DNA of 64,000 bases from Eledone cirrhosa (Eukaryota), in assembly GCA_964016885.1 (NCBI GenBank), contig OZ024748.1, forward strand, positions 12,958,001-13,022,000. Reading direction: 5' to 3'. The notes under the pieces are model-generated. The model saw nothing but the letters and a program-made list of their open reading frames with translations, was not told the origin of the DNA and did no database searches. The translations under genes and the position numbers were made by a program. This document shows, piece after piece, positions 14,307 to 29,676 of this stretch (positions within the stretch are counted from its first letter, which is position 1; each line of letters starts with the position of its first letter).

Positions 14307-14948
14307 CACTCACACGCACACACACACACACTCTCTCTCTCATACACACACATATGATGATGATAGTGAAGATAGTTTCCCACGACCACCAACGTTATTT
14401 CTCCAAACTCAACAAAGTGCTTAAACATAACTTTAAAAGAAGGGCCAACGGAGAGGAGTTCCAGCTAGATCTTGTCAACAAAATCTCCATACGGTTTGAA
14501 TATACAAGTCTCCCATATCTAAATGGCTAATTATCAGCAAAAAGGCACCCACGAATCATGAACTGGATGTGGACTGGTTCTCATAGAATGTAAGACGTTA
14601 ATCCCTGAAACAGTTGCTTGAGGGGGTGGAGGTCATCTCTGAAGACCTTCTCTTGTCCAGCACTCCTAAAAGTTTCTTACCACAGTTTCATTATAAATAT
14701 GTTGGCCTTTGCAAATGGTATTAATATAATCCTTACAAAATGCATGTATAGGATAAAAATAGCCTTAGACATTTTATCATGCATAAGAAAAGTTCATAGT
14801 AATAATATTTAGTAAGATAATCTTTGTTTAATTCGTGTCTATTAACTAAGGACAATTGTCCAAAATAACTAACGGAGATGAGAAGTGTCGATCTAGATAT
14901 ATTTTATTTCCAGTTGTGAGTTTATTTTCGTCCTTGCATTTAACCATG

Positions 14949-15071
<123 letters not shown>

Positions 15072-15216
15072 GGAGGTGAGTATATATATATATATATATA
15101 TGTAGGAGGTGAGTTTTATTGTAGTACAATAAAGCAATGCAGATATCGGATAAGTAGCACTCTACAGTTTGTAGGACTGGAGTATAAATAATATATAAGA
15201 TTAAAAGAGTTCCATG

Positions 15217-15287
15217 TATTTTATTATGCGCATTTCAAAAACAAATATCATCATGCAATAACATTTGCGTTTTCGTCAGATAAAATA
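15217..15287 (-). ncRNA. Type I hammerhead ribozyme (family B)
   Basis: Minus strand UAUUUUAU-CUGACGA-long stem II-GAAA with palindromic stem III AUGCGCAU, then A and AUAAAAUA. Confidence 0.8.
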
Positions 15288-15355
15288 GGGAGACATATGT
15301 TGATTTAAAACTGCACTATTCACGAGTGTGTTTTAACCTTCATATCATGTCTCCC

Positions 15356-15426
15356 TATTTTATCTGACGAAAACGCAAATGTTATTGCATGATGATATTT
15401 GTTTTTGAAATGCGTATAATAAAATA
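15356..15426 (+). ncRNA. Type I hammerhead ribozyme (family B)
   Basis: Stem I tattttat/ataaaata; CUGACGA 15364-70; stem II gcaaatgttatt/gatgatatttgt; GAAA 15407-10; stem III AUGCGUAU; AUA site with predicted cleavage after A15418. Confidence 0.8.
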
Positions 15427-15454
15427 CATGGAACTCTTTTAACCATCTTTTGAT

Positions 15455-15877
<423 letters not shown>

Positions 15878-15916
15878 CTGATATATATATATATATATAC
15901 ATATATATATCAGATA

Positions 15917-16110
15917 GGGTGTGGTAAAATACCAAGTGGACCATAACCTCCCAGAGTACTTGATACTTGGGCTAGTAGAGTGGTTAATATGAAAAGAATC
16001 AGGACCCCGAGGGCTGAGCTCCGGCCGTTTCGATAGCTAGATCCAAACTGTTCGGATATAGCTGTCGAAACAGCCGGAGCTCACCAGACGGGGTCGTGAC
16101 TTTTTTTCAT
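15917..16110 (-). mobile_element. Family A (subfamily 2) hairpin-plus-tail element
   Basis: Tail gtgtggtaaaatacc..ggaccataac..gagtacttgatact..gtagagtgg, then inverted repeat atgaaaag..gaccccg..gagctccggccgtttcga / tcgaaacagccggagctc..cggggtc..ttttcat. Confidence 0.8.
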
Positions 16111-16113
16111 CTA

Positions 16114-16190
<77 letters not shown>

Positions 16191-16194
<4 letters not shown>

Positions 16195-16425
16195 GAATAA
16201 TCGAGTATCGAAAAATCGGCGCACGAGTTCACGATAAACAAAATTCGAAATGAGCGGCAGAGGGCTCAATAATTCATATAAATCAGAGCTATAACTATCG
16301 TTAAAATACCGTCACACATAGAACATGTCTACAATCAACCATACGACCGAAAAATTGCGATATGGAAGATTCGGGACACTCAGATAAAATATCAATAAAT
16401 CAATAAATGAAATGAATGTAAAAAG
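16191..16425 (+). mobile_element. Family G element
   Basis: Starts at (TA)n; the first ~105 bp are homologous to 1-103 in inverted orientation. Confidence 0.6.
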
Positions 16426-16604
16426 CATGTGTGTGTGTGTGTGTGTGAAAGAAGGCTGAAGTCTGTAGGCCTTGGACCTCTATGTCTTTCGTTGTTATTT
16501 TTATTTTCAAAAACATTTTTAATGTTTCCCATTCAAGAAAACTTTTTTCGTTTTGCTTTGTCTTCGTTCGTTGTCTTTCTCTCTCTTAATTTAGTATATA
16601 GTTT

Positions 16605-16735
<131 letters not shown>

Positions 16736-17073
16736 TTGAGATTCTGTAAAGTGATACAATTGCTGTTGTTGCAGGTTTTACTATTATTGTTACCACTCAA
16801 CTAACATGATTGAGTTGATTAAAAGTTTTTTAAAAATCATTTTTGAGGTTATTGAAGTTTGAAACAAATAATGGTGCTGTTGTTGTTGTTGTTGTTGTTG
16901 GTGTTGTAGTTGCAGTTGTTGTTGTTGTTGTTGTTGTTGTAGCAGTTGTTGCTGTTGCTGCCTTTGTTCTAAGAGCGTTTGCCGTTGATGATACCAGTGA
17001 CTGTGGACGCTAGTAACTACTTCTTCTACTACTACTACTACTACTAATACTACTACTAATACTAACCCCCAAA

Positions 17074-17126
<53 letters not shown>

Positions 17127-17132
17127 CCCCAA

Positions 17133-17170
<38 letters not shown>

Positions 17171-17188
17171 ATACTACTACTACTACTT

Positions 17189-17236
<48 letters not shown>

Positions 17237-17291
17237 ACAACACTACCACCAGCACTAGCTCCACCACCATCACCAGTATTAGCACCATCTA

Positions 17292-17374
<83 letters not shown>

Positions 17375-17480
17375 ACAACACTACCACCAGCACTAGCTCC
17401 ACCACCATCACCAGTATTAGCACCATCTACACTACTACTACTACTACTACTACTATTACTACTACTACTACTACTACTTT

Positions 17481-17515
<35 letters not shown>

Positions 17516-17970
17516 GACAGCCATTAGTGTCAACAACATCTATGGCTGAAGAGTAATTTATCAATTGCTCAACGGTTAAATCTTTAAGCAGACTTTCAAT
17601 TGCTCTGCAAATAAGTTCCAACGAAACATCTAAGAATTCTTGCAGCAGAAAATTGGACATAATTTCTCTGTATTTTTCAAAGTATATTTCTTTATTATCT
17701 TTCATATAGAATTGTTTTTTTTTTCAGTACCAGCATCTCCCCCCCCCCACACGTATACGCATGCGCGCGCGAGCACACACACACACACATATATACATAC
17801 ACACTCTCTCTGTCTCTCTCACTCTCTCTGTCCTTCTCTCTCCCTACGTCTCTCTCTCTCTCTCTCTTACAAACACACATACATATATATACATATACAT
17901 ATATATATATATAAATATATATATGTATATATATATATGTATGTATGTATGTATATATATATATTATATA

Positions 17971-18044
<74 letters not shown>

Positions 18045-18073
18045 CATATATATATATATATAGATATATATAG

Positions 18074-18188
<115 letters not shown>

Positions 18189-18399
18189 CAACACATTTTC
18201 GTGTGGTGCTATCTTCTTTTGTTCTTAATTCGGTGTTAGATTGGTGTAGATTTATATTTTTTCTAGTAGAGCCACTTCCTAATTATGGAACTTTATCGAA
18301 CCTTCTCTTTCCTCTTTTCTTTCTTATCTTCCTCACCCTTCTCCTCATTATAACCCTCCACCCGATTTTCGAATGACAAAGCAGTCATTTATCACACGT

Positions 18400-18543
<144 letters not shown>

Positions 18544-18592
18544 ACACACAAACACACACACACACACAGATATATATATATATAGTTCTAAT

Positions 18593-18705
18593 CTAGTTGT
18601 TGAAACGGCCAGAGCTCAGCCGTCGGGATCCTGAATTTTTTCATATTACCCACTCTACTACCGCAAGTATCGAGTACTCTGGTGCGCTATGGTCCACCTG
18701 GTATC
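18593..18705 (+). mobile_element. Family A (subfamily 2) single arm plus tail
   Basis: gaaacggccagagctcagccgtcggga..tcatattacccactctactaccgcaagtatcgagtactctggtgcgctatggtccacctgg. Confidence 0.8.
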
Positions 18706-18779
18706 ATTTTCAACATATGGATTACATTGAGTTCTTCATGCAGACCAGACCCCCAAAACTTACCGTGGATATCTGTGTG

Positions 18780-18928
<149 letters not shown>

Positions 18929-19071
18929 AGAAACACAGTAAACCGTGTGTCTAAAATTACAAGGGTTGAAAAACCACATATGCTTGAAATATTTAACCAA
19001 GAAACAGACAGGATGACAAAATGAAAATAAAAATATATTATCATAATACAAACCGCCTCAATAACCATTAT

Positions 19072-19153
19072 ATCTCTCGGACAGATTATCCCTAATCTGT
19101 TTCGCCCTGAGTGTGTTTGTAACAGATAATCCTGGGCTTCATCAGCGAGAGAT
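19072..19153 (-). ncRNA. Type I hammerhead ribozyme in a (TA)n-flanked ~320-bp element (18925-19245)
   Basis: Minus strand AUCUCUCG-CUGAUGA-(A)-GCCC...GGGC-GAAA; stem III ACAGAUUA-GGGA-UAAUCUGU; C (GUC); CGAGAGAU. Stems I and III are perfect 8-bp helices. Confidence 0.88.
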
Positions 19154-19401
19154 TGCAATTAAATGTCACAAACACTATTTGCCAACGTTCACACAGAAAG
19201 ATGAATTTATCACCTCGTGCGCCGCAGTCAAACGTGGTAAGCGCGTATATATATATATATATATATATATAGATATATACACACAAATTAAAACAAAATG
19301 AAAACGAAATTTCATTTCTCACTCTTAGTATGGCACTTACTTAAATGTAAGTATGCATGTATACGTACATACATATATGTATACAGACGTACAGTAGCAT
19401 G

Positions 19402-19445
<44 letters not shown>

Positions 19446-19456
19446 TACATATGCAT

Positions 19457-20073
<617 letters not shown>

Positions 20074-20142
20074 CAGGAAAGAAGGTTTACATGGTTTGCT
20101 ATACAAAAAAGTGGACTGCATTTAACTATTATTTGTTAATCC

Positions 20143-20262
<120 letters not shown>

Positions 20263-20289
20263 TTATATATATATCTTTGATAACTTCGT

Positions 20290-20707
20290 TAACTTAATAG
20301 CACCAATAGGCGAAGTCTTTCAAATCAAGATTTGGATTTCATGGCCCACACAAGTACAGAGCTATTGTTAACGGAGACATATCCGAGTGTAGGAGATTTA
20401 TCCACGATTTCTTGGAGGAATTTGTTCAAAGACCTTTTGAATTTTATGGGGTCTGTTTTTGATTTAATGTTAAAGAGAGTGTGACCATTTGAGGTGAAAT
20501 AAGTGTGCCGTAATTTTGTTATGTGGTGCGAGTTTTATTTTTGTTGTGGGCGAATAGCGGGGGTCCAAGCCTCAGGTGTACTTTAAAGATGATGCCAACA
20601 TCATTTGGGCAATGGTGATGAAATATTTTCCATATTATGTAGATAATTTAGTGTTCTCGGCGGTGTTGGTAAGAATAGAATTTGAGCTTCTCTAGACGAC
20701 CCCAATA
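20290..20707 (-). pseudogene. CR1/L2-group LINE ORF2 C-terminal remnant
   Basis: Minus strand translates to GLKDLEYWGRLEKLKFYSYQHRREH*IIYIIWKI ... [28 protein letters not shown], the typical Y..RL..L.L.S...RR.R and FK..LD.FL motifs downstream of the RT domain; contains a stop and frameshifts. Confidence 0.75.
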
Positions 20708-20784
20708 TTCAAGGTCTTTCAGGCCCTATATATATATATATGTACACACACACAAACACAAACACATACCCACACACACACATT

Positions 20785-21170
20785 ATGCTTTGCTGCATAT
20801 AGTTATGGCCCTTTATGATTTGAGTTCAAATCACACCAAGGTTAGCTTTGCTTTTCATCCATACGTGGTCGATAAAATAAAGTACCAGTAATGTACTGGA
20901 GTCCATTTAATCGACTTTCCACTTCCCCAGAATTGTTGACCTTGTGCCTACATCTCAAACCGTTATCATTATTGTTAGTATAGCGGTGAATTGGCAGTAT
21001 CGGTAGAGGGTTGGCCGCCATGCTTTCTAGCATAGTTACGTCCCTTTACAGTCTGAGTTCAAATCCCGCCGAGGTTAACGCTGCCTTTCATCCCTACGGG
21101 GTCGATAAAATAAAGTACCAGTAATGTACTGGTGAATTGCTGGCCTTGTGCCTAAAGTAGAAACAATTAT
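20785..21170 (+). mobile_element. Two tandem SINEs (Meta/MESC-like core)
   Basis: Same B box, core and tail as 6930-7365. Confidence 0.88.
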
Positions 21171-21173
21171 TGT

Positions 21174-21211
<38 letters not shown>

Positions 21212-21327
21212 TCAGAAGCAACAAAAAGCAAGAACACATCACCACCACCAACACCACCACCACCACCACCACCATCACCACCACCACCACTACCACCAAC
21301 ACCAACACCACCACCACCACCACCACC

Positions 21328-21361
<34 letters not shown>

Positions 21362-21439
21362 CACACATATACAACAGAACAACCACACCAACAGCACAAC
21401 CACAATCACCACTAATACCAATAGCAACAACTAAACAAA

Positions 21440-21470
<31 letters not shown>

Positions 21471-22173
21471 CAACTGTCTGTTATTTCACAGAAGGTTTTG
21501 TAAGAGTTGAAGACTTAAAAGTTAAAAGTTAAAAGTTAAAAGTTAAGAGATAAGAACTAAGAACACGTATGAAAACCTAAGAGTTAGTAAGTGGGGCGTG
21601 ATGGGGTGGTGTGTGGGTGTGAAGTACAGGGTGGGGATAGTGTTGTGTGTTGTGGGGAGAGGGTAGTTTAGTAGCGTAGGGGTGTATGGGGTGACAGGAG
21701 GAACAGATCTTCCAAAAGTTTTACCGAATCTTTTCACAATCAATATTAAGAAAAACAGTTTCGGTTGCCAACAACGACCATTTTCCACGGCAAATTGTTC
21801 ACAGCCTACCGTTCTGAGGTCGGTAAAAGATCAAAGAAAATGGCAAGTGCCCAAGCCGGCCAGAACATAGATCCATTTCCATCCAGCAGCGTTGCCTGCA
21901 ATGTCATGAAAGGTTCAGAGATTCTTTTGGCACCAAACTCAATTTTTACATTTTCGCAACACGGCTTAACTATTAAAATTTGGTTGGTGTGTGTAGTAAT
22001 AATTTTGAATAGAAGCGAAGAGATATTTAAAATTGACAAAACTTAACACACCACACTTACATGCGTCTGTGCGTTCTACCTATGTATGTAATCACATATT
22101 GAAATACATATATACAATACATATACAAACACTAATATAACTGCATATATGTTTAGATGTATATAAGTATAGG

Positions 22174-22221
<48 letters not shown>

Positions 22222-22319
22222 TTGTATGTATATATACTTATATGTACATATGTATATGTATGTAGTATGTATTTATATATTATATGTAAATGTGTATGTA
22301 TACTTATATGTATATGAAA

Positions 22320-22403
<84 letters not shown>

Positions 22404-22579
22404 GTAAGTGTATGTCTGTTTGTGTGTTTGTGTGAATACGCACACACATGTATACATAGGCGTCTATGGTTAGAAGCATACATTGACATATACAAGTGCA
22501 TCGGCACATATATACAAACACATATATATGTATACACACACACACACAGACAGACAGACACACACACACACACACACAC

Positions 22580-22660
<81 letters not shown>

Positions 22661-22868
22661 CATACATCGTACATATGTATTCACGTACTTTTATGCATCT
22701 AGTAGGAAATCTCTCCAAGAAATTTATTAGTAGAACGCTGTTCGATTCCTTGGAACGGAAGTGAAGAACCAATCAAAACGGCACCAACAGTTGGGACGTG
22801 AGATTCCAATTCACACTGCCAAAATATCTCGATAGAAATTCTTTGTATTACACATTTTAGTGCAATAT

Positions 22869-22911
<43 letters not shown>

Positions 22912-23103
22912 GGTATATATATATATATGTATTTATTTATGTATGTATGTGTGTGCGTATATATATTTATATATATATATATTTATATATATATGTATGT
23001 ATGTATATATATATATATATATACGTAATATATACGTATATATTTATACGTATATATACGTATATATTTATACGTATATATAAACATATATATATCGTAT
23101 ATA

Positions 23104-23150
<47 letters not shown>

Positions 23151-23252
23151 TATATTATATTATATATAAATGCATATATATATATATATACTTATATATA
23201 TACGTATACATATACGTATATATAAACATATATATATATAGTATATAGCATA

Positions 23253-23301
<49 letters not shown>

Positions 23302-23356
23302 ATATTATATTATATATATATACACGCTTATATATATGTATTTACACACAGAGACA

Positions 23357-23412
<56 letters not shown>

Positions 23413-23419
23413 AATACAT

Positions 23420-23465
<46 letters not shown>

Positions 23466-23559
23466 GAATTGCAGCATGAGCATGAGTCGTAACAGATGTC
23501 TATATGTTTCGCTGACTTTGAGGAATCAGTCAAACCCTTGATAGACTTAACCTAGTACA

Positions 23560-23760
23560 ACACGAAACGTATTGTAATCTTCTCTCACTTGACTGGGCGA
23601 TGTATGAACTGTACCACTTAACACCAGGAACGGTGCAGCGAACACAATTTCACTTGGTTTCTCCCTTCGGTATCTAACTCACAAGATTCCGTTACTCGCT
23701 AGATTACACAAGAAGACACGTCTTCACAATTCTGCGCTGTGGGATCGAACATCGAACGCG
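23560..23760 (-). mobile_element. Old tRNA-SINE of a different family
   Basis: Minus strand gttcgatcccacagcgcagaattgtgaagacgtgtcttct (B box followed by a CORE-like segment). Confidence 0.45.
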
Positions 23761-23837
23761 AATCAATAATTTTATGATTGGAAAATTGTATTTGCAATGT
23801 TTCACGTGTACTCAGTAATGATTTCTGATTGAGGGCC

Positions 23838-24025
23838 AAGGGCAAATACTTTTTTGCTGGAGTTGGAATGTCGATTAAATCGACCCCAGTACGTTACTGG
23901 TACTATATTTTATCGACTCTGTAAGGATGAAAGGCAAAGCTAACTTCGGCGGGATTTCGAACTCAGAACGCAAAGGGCCGTAACTCTATGCCGCAACGCA
24001 TGTTGTTCGGTGTTCTAACGATACT
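23838..24025 (-). mobile_element. SINE (Meta/MESC-like core)
   Basis: ctggtactatattttatcgactctgtaaggatgaaaggcaaag..cggcgggatttcgaactcaga..gggccgtaactctatgc. Confidence 0.85.
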
Positions 24026-25100
24026 ATCATCATCATCATCAAAACTGTTACACAACCCACCATTACAACAACCAACACGACCAACATCACCATCACAATC
24101 ATCATCATCATCATCAAAACTGTTACACAACCCACCATTACAACAACCAACATCACCAACATCACCATCACAATCATCATCACCATCACCATCACATCAT
24201 GTTCATCATCACCATCAACATCATCATCACCATCACCAACACCATCACAATCACCATCACCATCACCATCACCAACACCATCACAATCATTATCACCATC
24301 ACCATCACCATCATCACCATCACCATCACCATCACCAACACCATCACCATCACCATCGCCAACACCATCACAATCATTATCACTATCACCATCACCATCA
24401 CCATCATCACCGTCACCATCACCATCACCATCACCATCACCATCACCATCATCAACACCATCACAATCATTATCACCATCACCATCACCATCATCACCAT
24501 CACCATCACCATCACCAACACCATCACCATCACCATCGCCAACACCATCACAATCATTATCACCATCACCATCACCATCACCATCAACATCATCATCACC
24601 ATCACCATACACCATGACAATCATTATCACTATCACCATCACCATCACCATCATCACCATCGCCATCACCATCACCATCGCCAACACCATCACAATCATT
24701 ATCACTATCACCATCACCAACACCATCACAATCATCATCACCATCACCATCACATCATGTTCATCATCACCATCAACATCATCATCACCATCACCATATA
24801 CCATCACAATCATTATCACTATCACCATCACGAATCACCATCATCACCATCACCATCACCAACACCGTCACCATCACCATCACCATCGCAATCGCAACAA
24901 TCACCATCACCATCACCATCACCATCACCATCACCATCACCATCACCATCACCATCACCAACACCATCACAATCACTATCACCATCACCAACACCATCAC
25001 CATCATCACCATCACCATCACCAACACCGTCATCATCACCATCACCATCACCATCGCAATCGCAACAATCACCATCACCATCATCATCATCATCATCATC
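24026..25100. repeat. (CACCAT)n compound minisatellite
   Basis: Recurrent caccat units with aacaccatcacaatcattat higher-order repeats. Confidence 0.9.
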
Positions 25101-25438
25101 TCGCGAACACAGCAGGTTATAAACCGAAACTATATTATTTCTTCACCAGAAAGCTGTCCGCAGTCTCCTTTAATATAATGACATTGGTCAGTTTAAATGT
25201 CCACATCTGACCTTTGACATTGGACAGATGACCAAACACAAGATAATTTGCTAAGGTCAATCATGAAATCAGGTGCTGAAGTTTAGTTTGGGAATCAATA
25301 AATTGTAAACATCGATCCTCTAGCATTGTATTTCAGACTTGCCAATAGACAATAGATTCAATGCCAGATAGATTCCCCATTTATATATATATACACACAC
25401 ATATATATATGTGTGTATATATACATGTATATATATAG

Positions 25439-25912
<474 letters not shown>

Positions 25913-25929
25913 ATATATATATATATATC

Positions 25930-26078
25930 CAAAATTAAGATAAATTAAATGAATTTAACCTAAATCAAAATTATGGGTGTCATGCCATAACGGCATGCGC
26001 CATATCACCCGGCAAATAAGCTCAAAGATTATCTCCTGTGATTATTCATGTTTATATATATGTTAATCAATTTCTAGT

Positions 26079-26138
<60 letters not shown>

Positions 26139-26516
26139 CAACTAAAAATTGATTAACATATAAATAAACATATGAAACAATCACAGGGGATAATTTTTAC
26201 AAGTGTTTAAGCACACATAGCTAGGTAGGTAACTAAATAAAGTTAACTAGAACTTCAAAAATAGATACCTTATAATATTATAAGGTATCTATTTTTGAAG
26301 TTCTAGCTATGTGTGCTTACACACTTGTAAACATTATCCCCTGTGATTGTTTCATATGTTTATTTATATGTTAATCAATTTCTAGTTGTTATAAAATGCT
26401 CGGACCTATTCATTAGAATCTTAGAGCTTATTCTACGGGTGATATGGCGCATGCCTTTCTGACATGACACCCATAATTTTGATTTAGATTAAATTCATTT
26501 TGATTTATCTTAATTT

Positions 26517-26519
<3 letters not shown>
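25930..26519. repeat. Nested inverted repeats (family D) between (TA)n tracts
   Basis: Inner palindrome 26134-26393 centred on ccttataatattataagg; outer arms 25930-26030 and 26420-26519; third copy of the inner arm at 26028-26082. Confidence 0.85.
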
Positions 26520-26588
<69 letters not shown>

Positions 26589-26642
26589 AACAAGTATGAC
26601 CCCTTCTGATGAAGGTTAACGCTTGAAATAGCAGGAAGAGGG

Positions 26643-26678
26643 TCTTAACGTTTCCGACGCTAGTCCTTCATCAGAAGA
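26643..26678 (-). ncRNA. Minimal Penelope-type hammerhead (family E)
   Basis: UCUU-CUGAUGA-A-GGAC-UAGC-GUCG-GAA-ACGU-U-AAGA; stem III is reduced to palindromic ACGU. Confidence 0.65.
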
Positions 26679-26939
26679 AAGAAAGAGAAATAAGATAGAT
26701 TGAAGGGACGAGCGGGGTGGAATTTGAAAAAAAATGTCTTTAAATAAAAATAACAGGTCCTTTCATGTTGACATCTCTTGGAAAAAGTTAGGTAAGAGTG
26801 ACACAATGACAAATGCGACCAGAGGCATGTTGCACCAGAGGCAGACTACAACAATGAAAAATACAGACAGGTTAAAGACAAACCTGAATACATACAGATT
26901 AACATTCGTCTTTAAGTATTTTTCGTTGTTGTAATATTA

Positions 26940-27125
26940 TGGTGGAGCATGCCTCTGCTGGAGCATGCATTGTGGTGGAGCATGCCTCTGCTGGAGCATG
27001 CATTGTGGTGGAGCATGCCTCTGCTGGAGCATGCATTGTCGTGGAGCATGCCTCTGCTGGAGCATGAATTGTGGTGGAGCATGCCTCTGGTGGAGCATGC
27101 ATTGTGGTGGAGCATGCCTCTGGTC
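26940..27125. repeat. 33-bp minisatellite (about 5.5 copies)
   Basis: Unit tgtggtggagcatgcctctgctggagcatgcat. Confidence 0.9.
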
Positions 27126-27396
27126 GCATTTTTCATTGTGTTACTATTACCTAACTTTATGTATATATGGTCTTGACTTCGCTGCCTCACTCTCTCCGGC
27201 TCTCATATACATACATGCGCTTTTCGCGTTTCCCTCTTCGGTATTTTCTCTGCGTTAATTTCCCTTTATAACTTCCTATAGTTATTGACGCACTGGAGCT
27301 AGTTGTATTGTCTTTAATGCGTAGAAATGTCCGTGATCTCCAGCAGACAACTGATAATGGGTATGTCCCCCGTTTGTACATTCGACTTATTTCTAA

Positions 27397-27527
<131 letters not shown>

Positions 27528-27656
27528 TATATATATATATGCAAAGGTTATATTTAATTTATTGGAATTCAGTAAACTTAAAAGTTTTATAACTGATATA
27601 AAGCACTCAACTAATAAGTGGAGTAAATATTCATTATATTAATAAATGGAAACTAT

Positions 27657-27758
27657 ATTTATAAAACCATAATTATTTTATTATATATATTTCAAGGGCA
27701 ACCAAGACAAATTTTGGTGCGCTTTCATCAGATAAAATACAAAATTAGTTTTATAAAT
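27657..27758 (-). ncRNA. Type I hammerhead ribozyme (family C), left arm of palindrome 27632-27907
   Basis: Near-exact reverse complement of 27781-27882. Confidence 0.8.
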
Positions 27759-27780
27759 GTTGACATGCGGGTATGTCAAC

Positions 27781-27882
27781 ATTTATAAAACTAATTTTGT
27801 ATTTTATCTGATGAAAGCGCACCAAAATTTGCCTTGGTTGCCCTTGAAATATATATAATAAAATAATTATGGTTTTATAAAT
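27781..27882 (+). ncRNA. Extended type I hammerhead ribozyme (family C)
   Basis: Outer stem I atttataaaacta/tggttttataaat, internal loop, inner stem I tattttat/ataaaata; CUGAUGA 27808-14; stem II aag.gca.ccaa/ttgg.tgc.ctt; GAAA 27846-49; palindromic stem III AUAUAUAU; predicted cleavage after A27857. Confidence 0.82.
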
Positions 27883-27904
27883 ATAGTTTCCATTTATTAA
27901 TATA

Positions 27905-27961
<57 letters not shown>

Positions 27962-28466
27962 CACCCCTTTTCTGATTTCAATACTACCTTTAAAAATGAA
28001 AAATACTTAATACATATATAAAAGGAAATGACTTAATCGCCAGATCCTGTAAAGACACAATGTTTTAGTTGATCTTTCCATTGTTCATTCTCCTTGTCCA
28101 ACGTAATGCATGTCAGAAAGAGGCAGACTTTGAAATCAGAATGCACAAAACCGGATCAAATACCAGTAAAATCTTCTGTCCAACATTTTAAAATGCTGTC
28201 AGTCTGTATGTATGAGAAATAGATAAAGAGATTGATAGTTAAAGATAGATAGATAGATAGAGAGAGAGTGAAAAGTGACAGAGTGAGGTGTAAATGAGAG
28301 AGAGAGAGGAGAGAGAGGGGAGTGAGTGATAGAGAGAAAGGAGAGAGAGAGAAATGAAATAGATAGAGTGACATATATACAGAGAGAGAAAAAGAAGATA
28401 TATGGAGAGAAATGAGAGAGAGAGAGAGAGAAAGGTGAGTGATAGAAAGAAAGAGAGAGAGAGGGG

Positions 28467-28516
<50 letters not shown>

Positions 28517-28619
28517 TGAGTGATAGAGAGAGAGAGAGAGAGAGAAAGGTGAGTGATAGAGAGAAAGGTGATAGAGAGAGAGAGAAAGGAGAATTTGAGG
28601 AGAAATGAGAGAGAGAGAA

Positions 28620-28661
<42 letters not shown>

Positions 28662-28850
28662 AAGAGAAAGGAGGGTGATAAAAAGAAAAATCGAGGGAGA
28701 GAAATACGAGAGAGTGAGAATTGAGCGAGAGAGGGCTGGGTTAAGGTGTAGTAAGAAGAAAATAAGAGGAGGGCAGGGCACTGTGACATCCGGATAGTAA
28801 GTAAAGTTTGTGTCAATTATGTTTGGCATCAGTCTGTCGTTGTATGGCAG

Positions 28851-28947
28851 TTGACATTCAACCAAGGTTGACAACTCCATCTCCTTCTAAACCAACTACA
28901 CCACCACCGCCGCCGCCGCCAGCTCCTCACTTTCCTGCCTTTTTCTG
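28851..28947 (+). CDS. Possible exon (DIQPRLTTPSPSKPTTPPPPPPPAPHFPAFF)
   Basis: Preceded by tgtatggcag and followed by gttagc; open frame, phase-compatible with 29677-29719. No recognisable homology. Confidence 0.25.
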
Positions 28948-29109
28948 GTTAGCACCATGTCGTAAATGATGATCATCACCACTACCAGCAACACGACCAC
29001 TATCACCTCCAGCAACACCAACAGTACCACCACCACCACCACCACCACCACCTCGCTAAACACTACCACTACCAGCACCACCACCAACACGATTAACACC
29101 ACCACCACC

Positions 29110-29140
<31 letters not shown>

Positions 29141-29479
29141 CTATTAACACCACCAACAACAACAATCACCACTACCACCAACACCAACACCACCACCACC
29201 ACCGACCAACACGATTAACACCACCACCACCACCAACAACAACACTATTAACACCACCAACAACAACAATCACCACTACCATCAACACCACCACCACCAC
29301 CACCACTACCATAACCAGCACCACCACCAACACTATTAACACCACCAATAACAACAATCACCACTACCACCACCACCAACACCACCACCACCACCACCGA
29401 CCAACACTATTAACACCAGCACCCCAACGAACACCACCACCACCACCAACAACAACAACAATACCACCAATACCCTCAT

Positions 29480-29600
29480 CTATAGCTGAGTCAACTGGAG
29501 CAACGTAAAATAAAGTTTCTTACTCAAGAACACAACGCAAAGCCCCGTCCGAGAATCGAACTCACAACTTCGTGTTTGTAAGCCCGACGCTCTAACCACC
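29480..29600 (-). mobile_element. CORE-like tRNA-SINE fragment
   Basis: Minus strand ggtggttagagcg..gagttcgattctcggacgg..gcgttgtgttcttgag; same family as 57325-57450. Confidence 0.65.
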
Positions 29601-29676
29601 AGGGATTGCAGCATGCTAAAGTAACTTTATAGTTAACACTTTTAAAATATTTGAGGACGGCAAACTTCTTTTCCAG

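Noticed and set aside
14390-14810. Unique sequence that might be coding
   Set aside because: Short frames with stops and no identifiable domain.
21690-22046. Unique island with 60-90 aa ORFs on both strands
   Set aside because: No recognisable protein motif; a minus-strand AG/GT pair exists but no frame can be supported.
26940-27125. 33-bp repeat as a CRISPR array
   Set aside because: Units are directly adjacent with no spacers.
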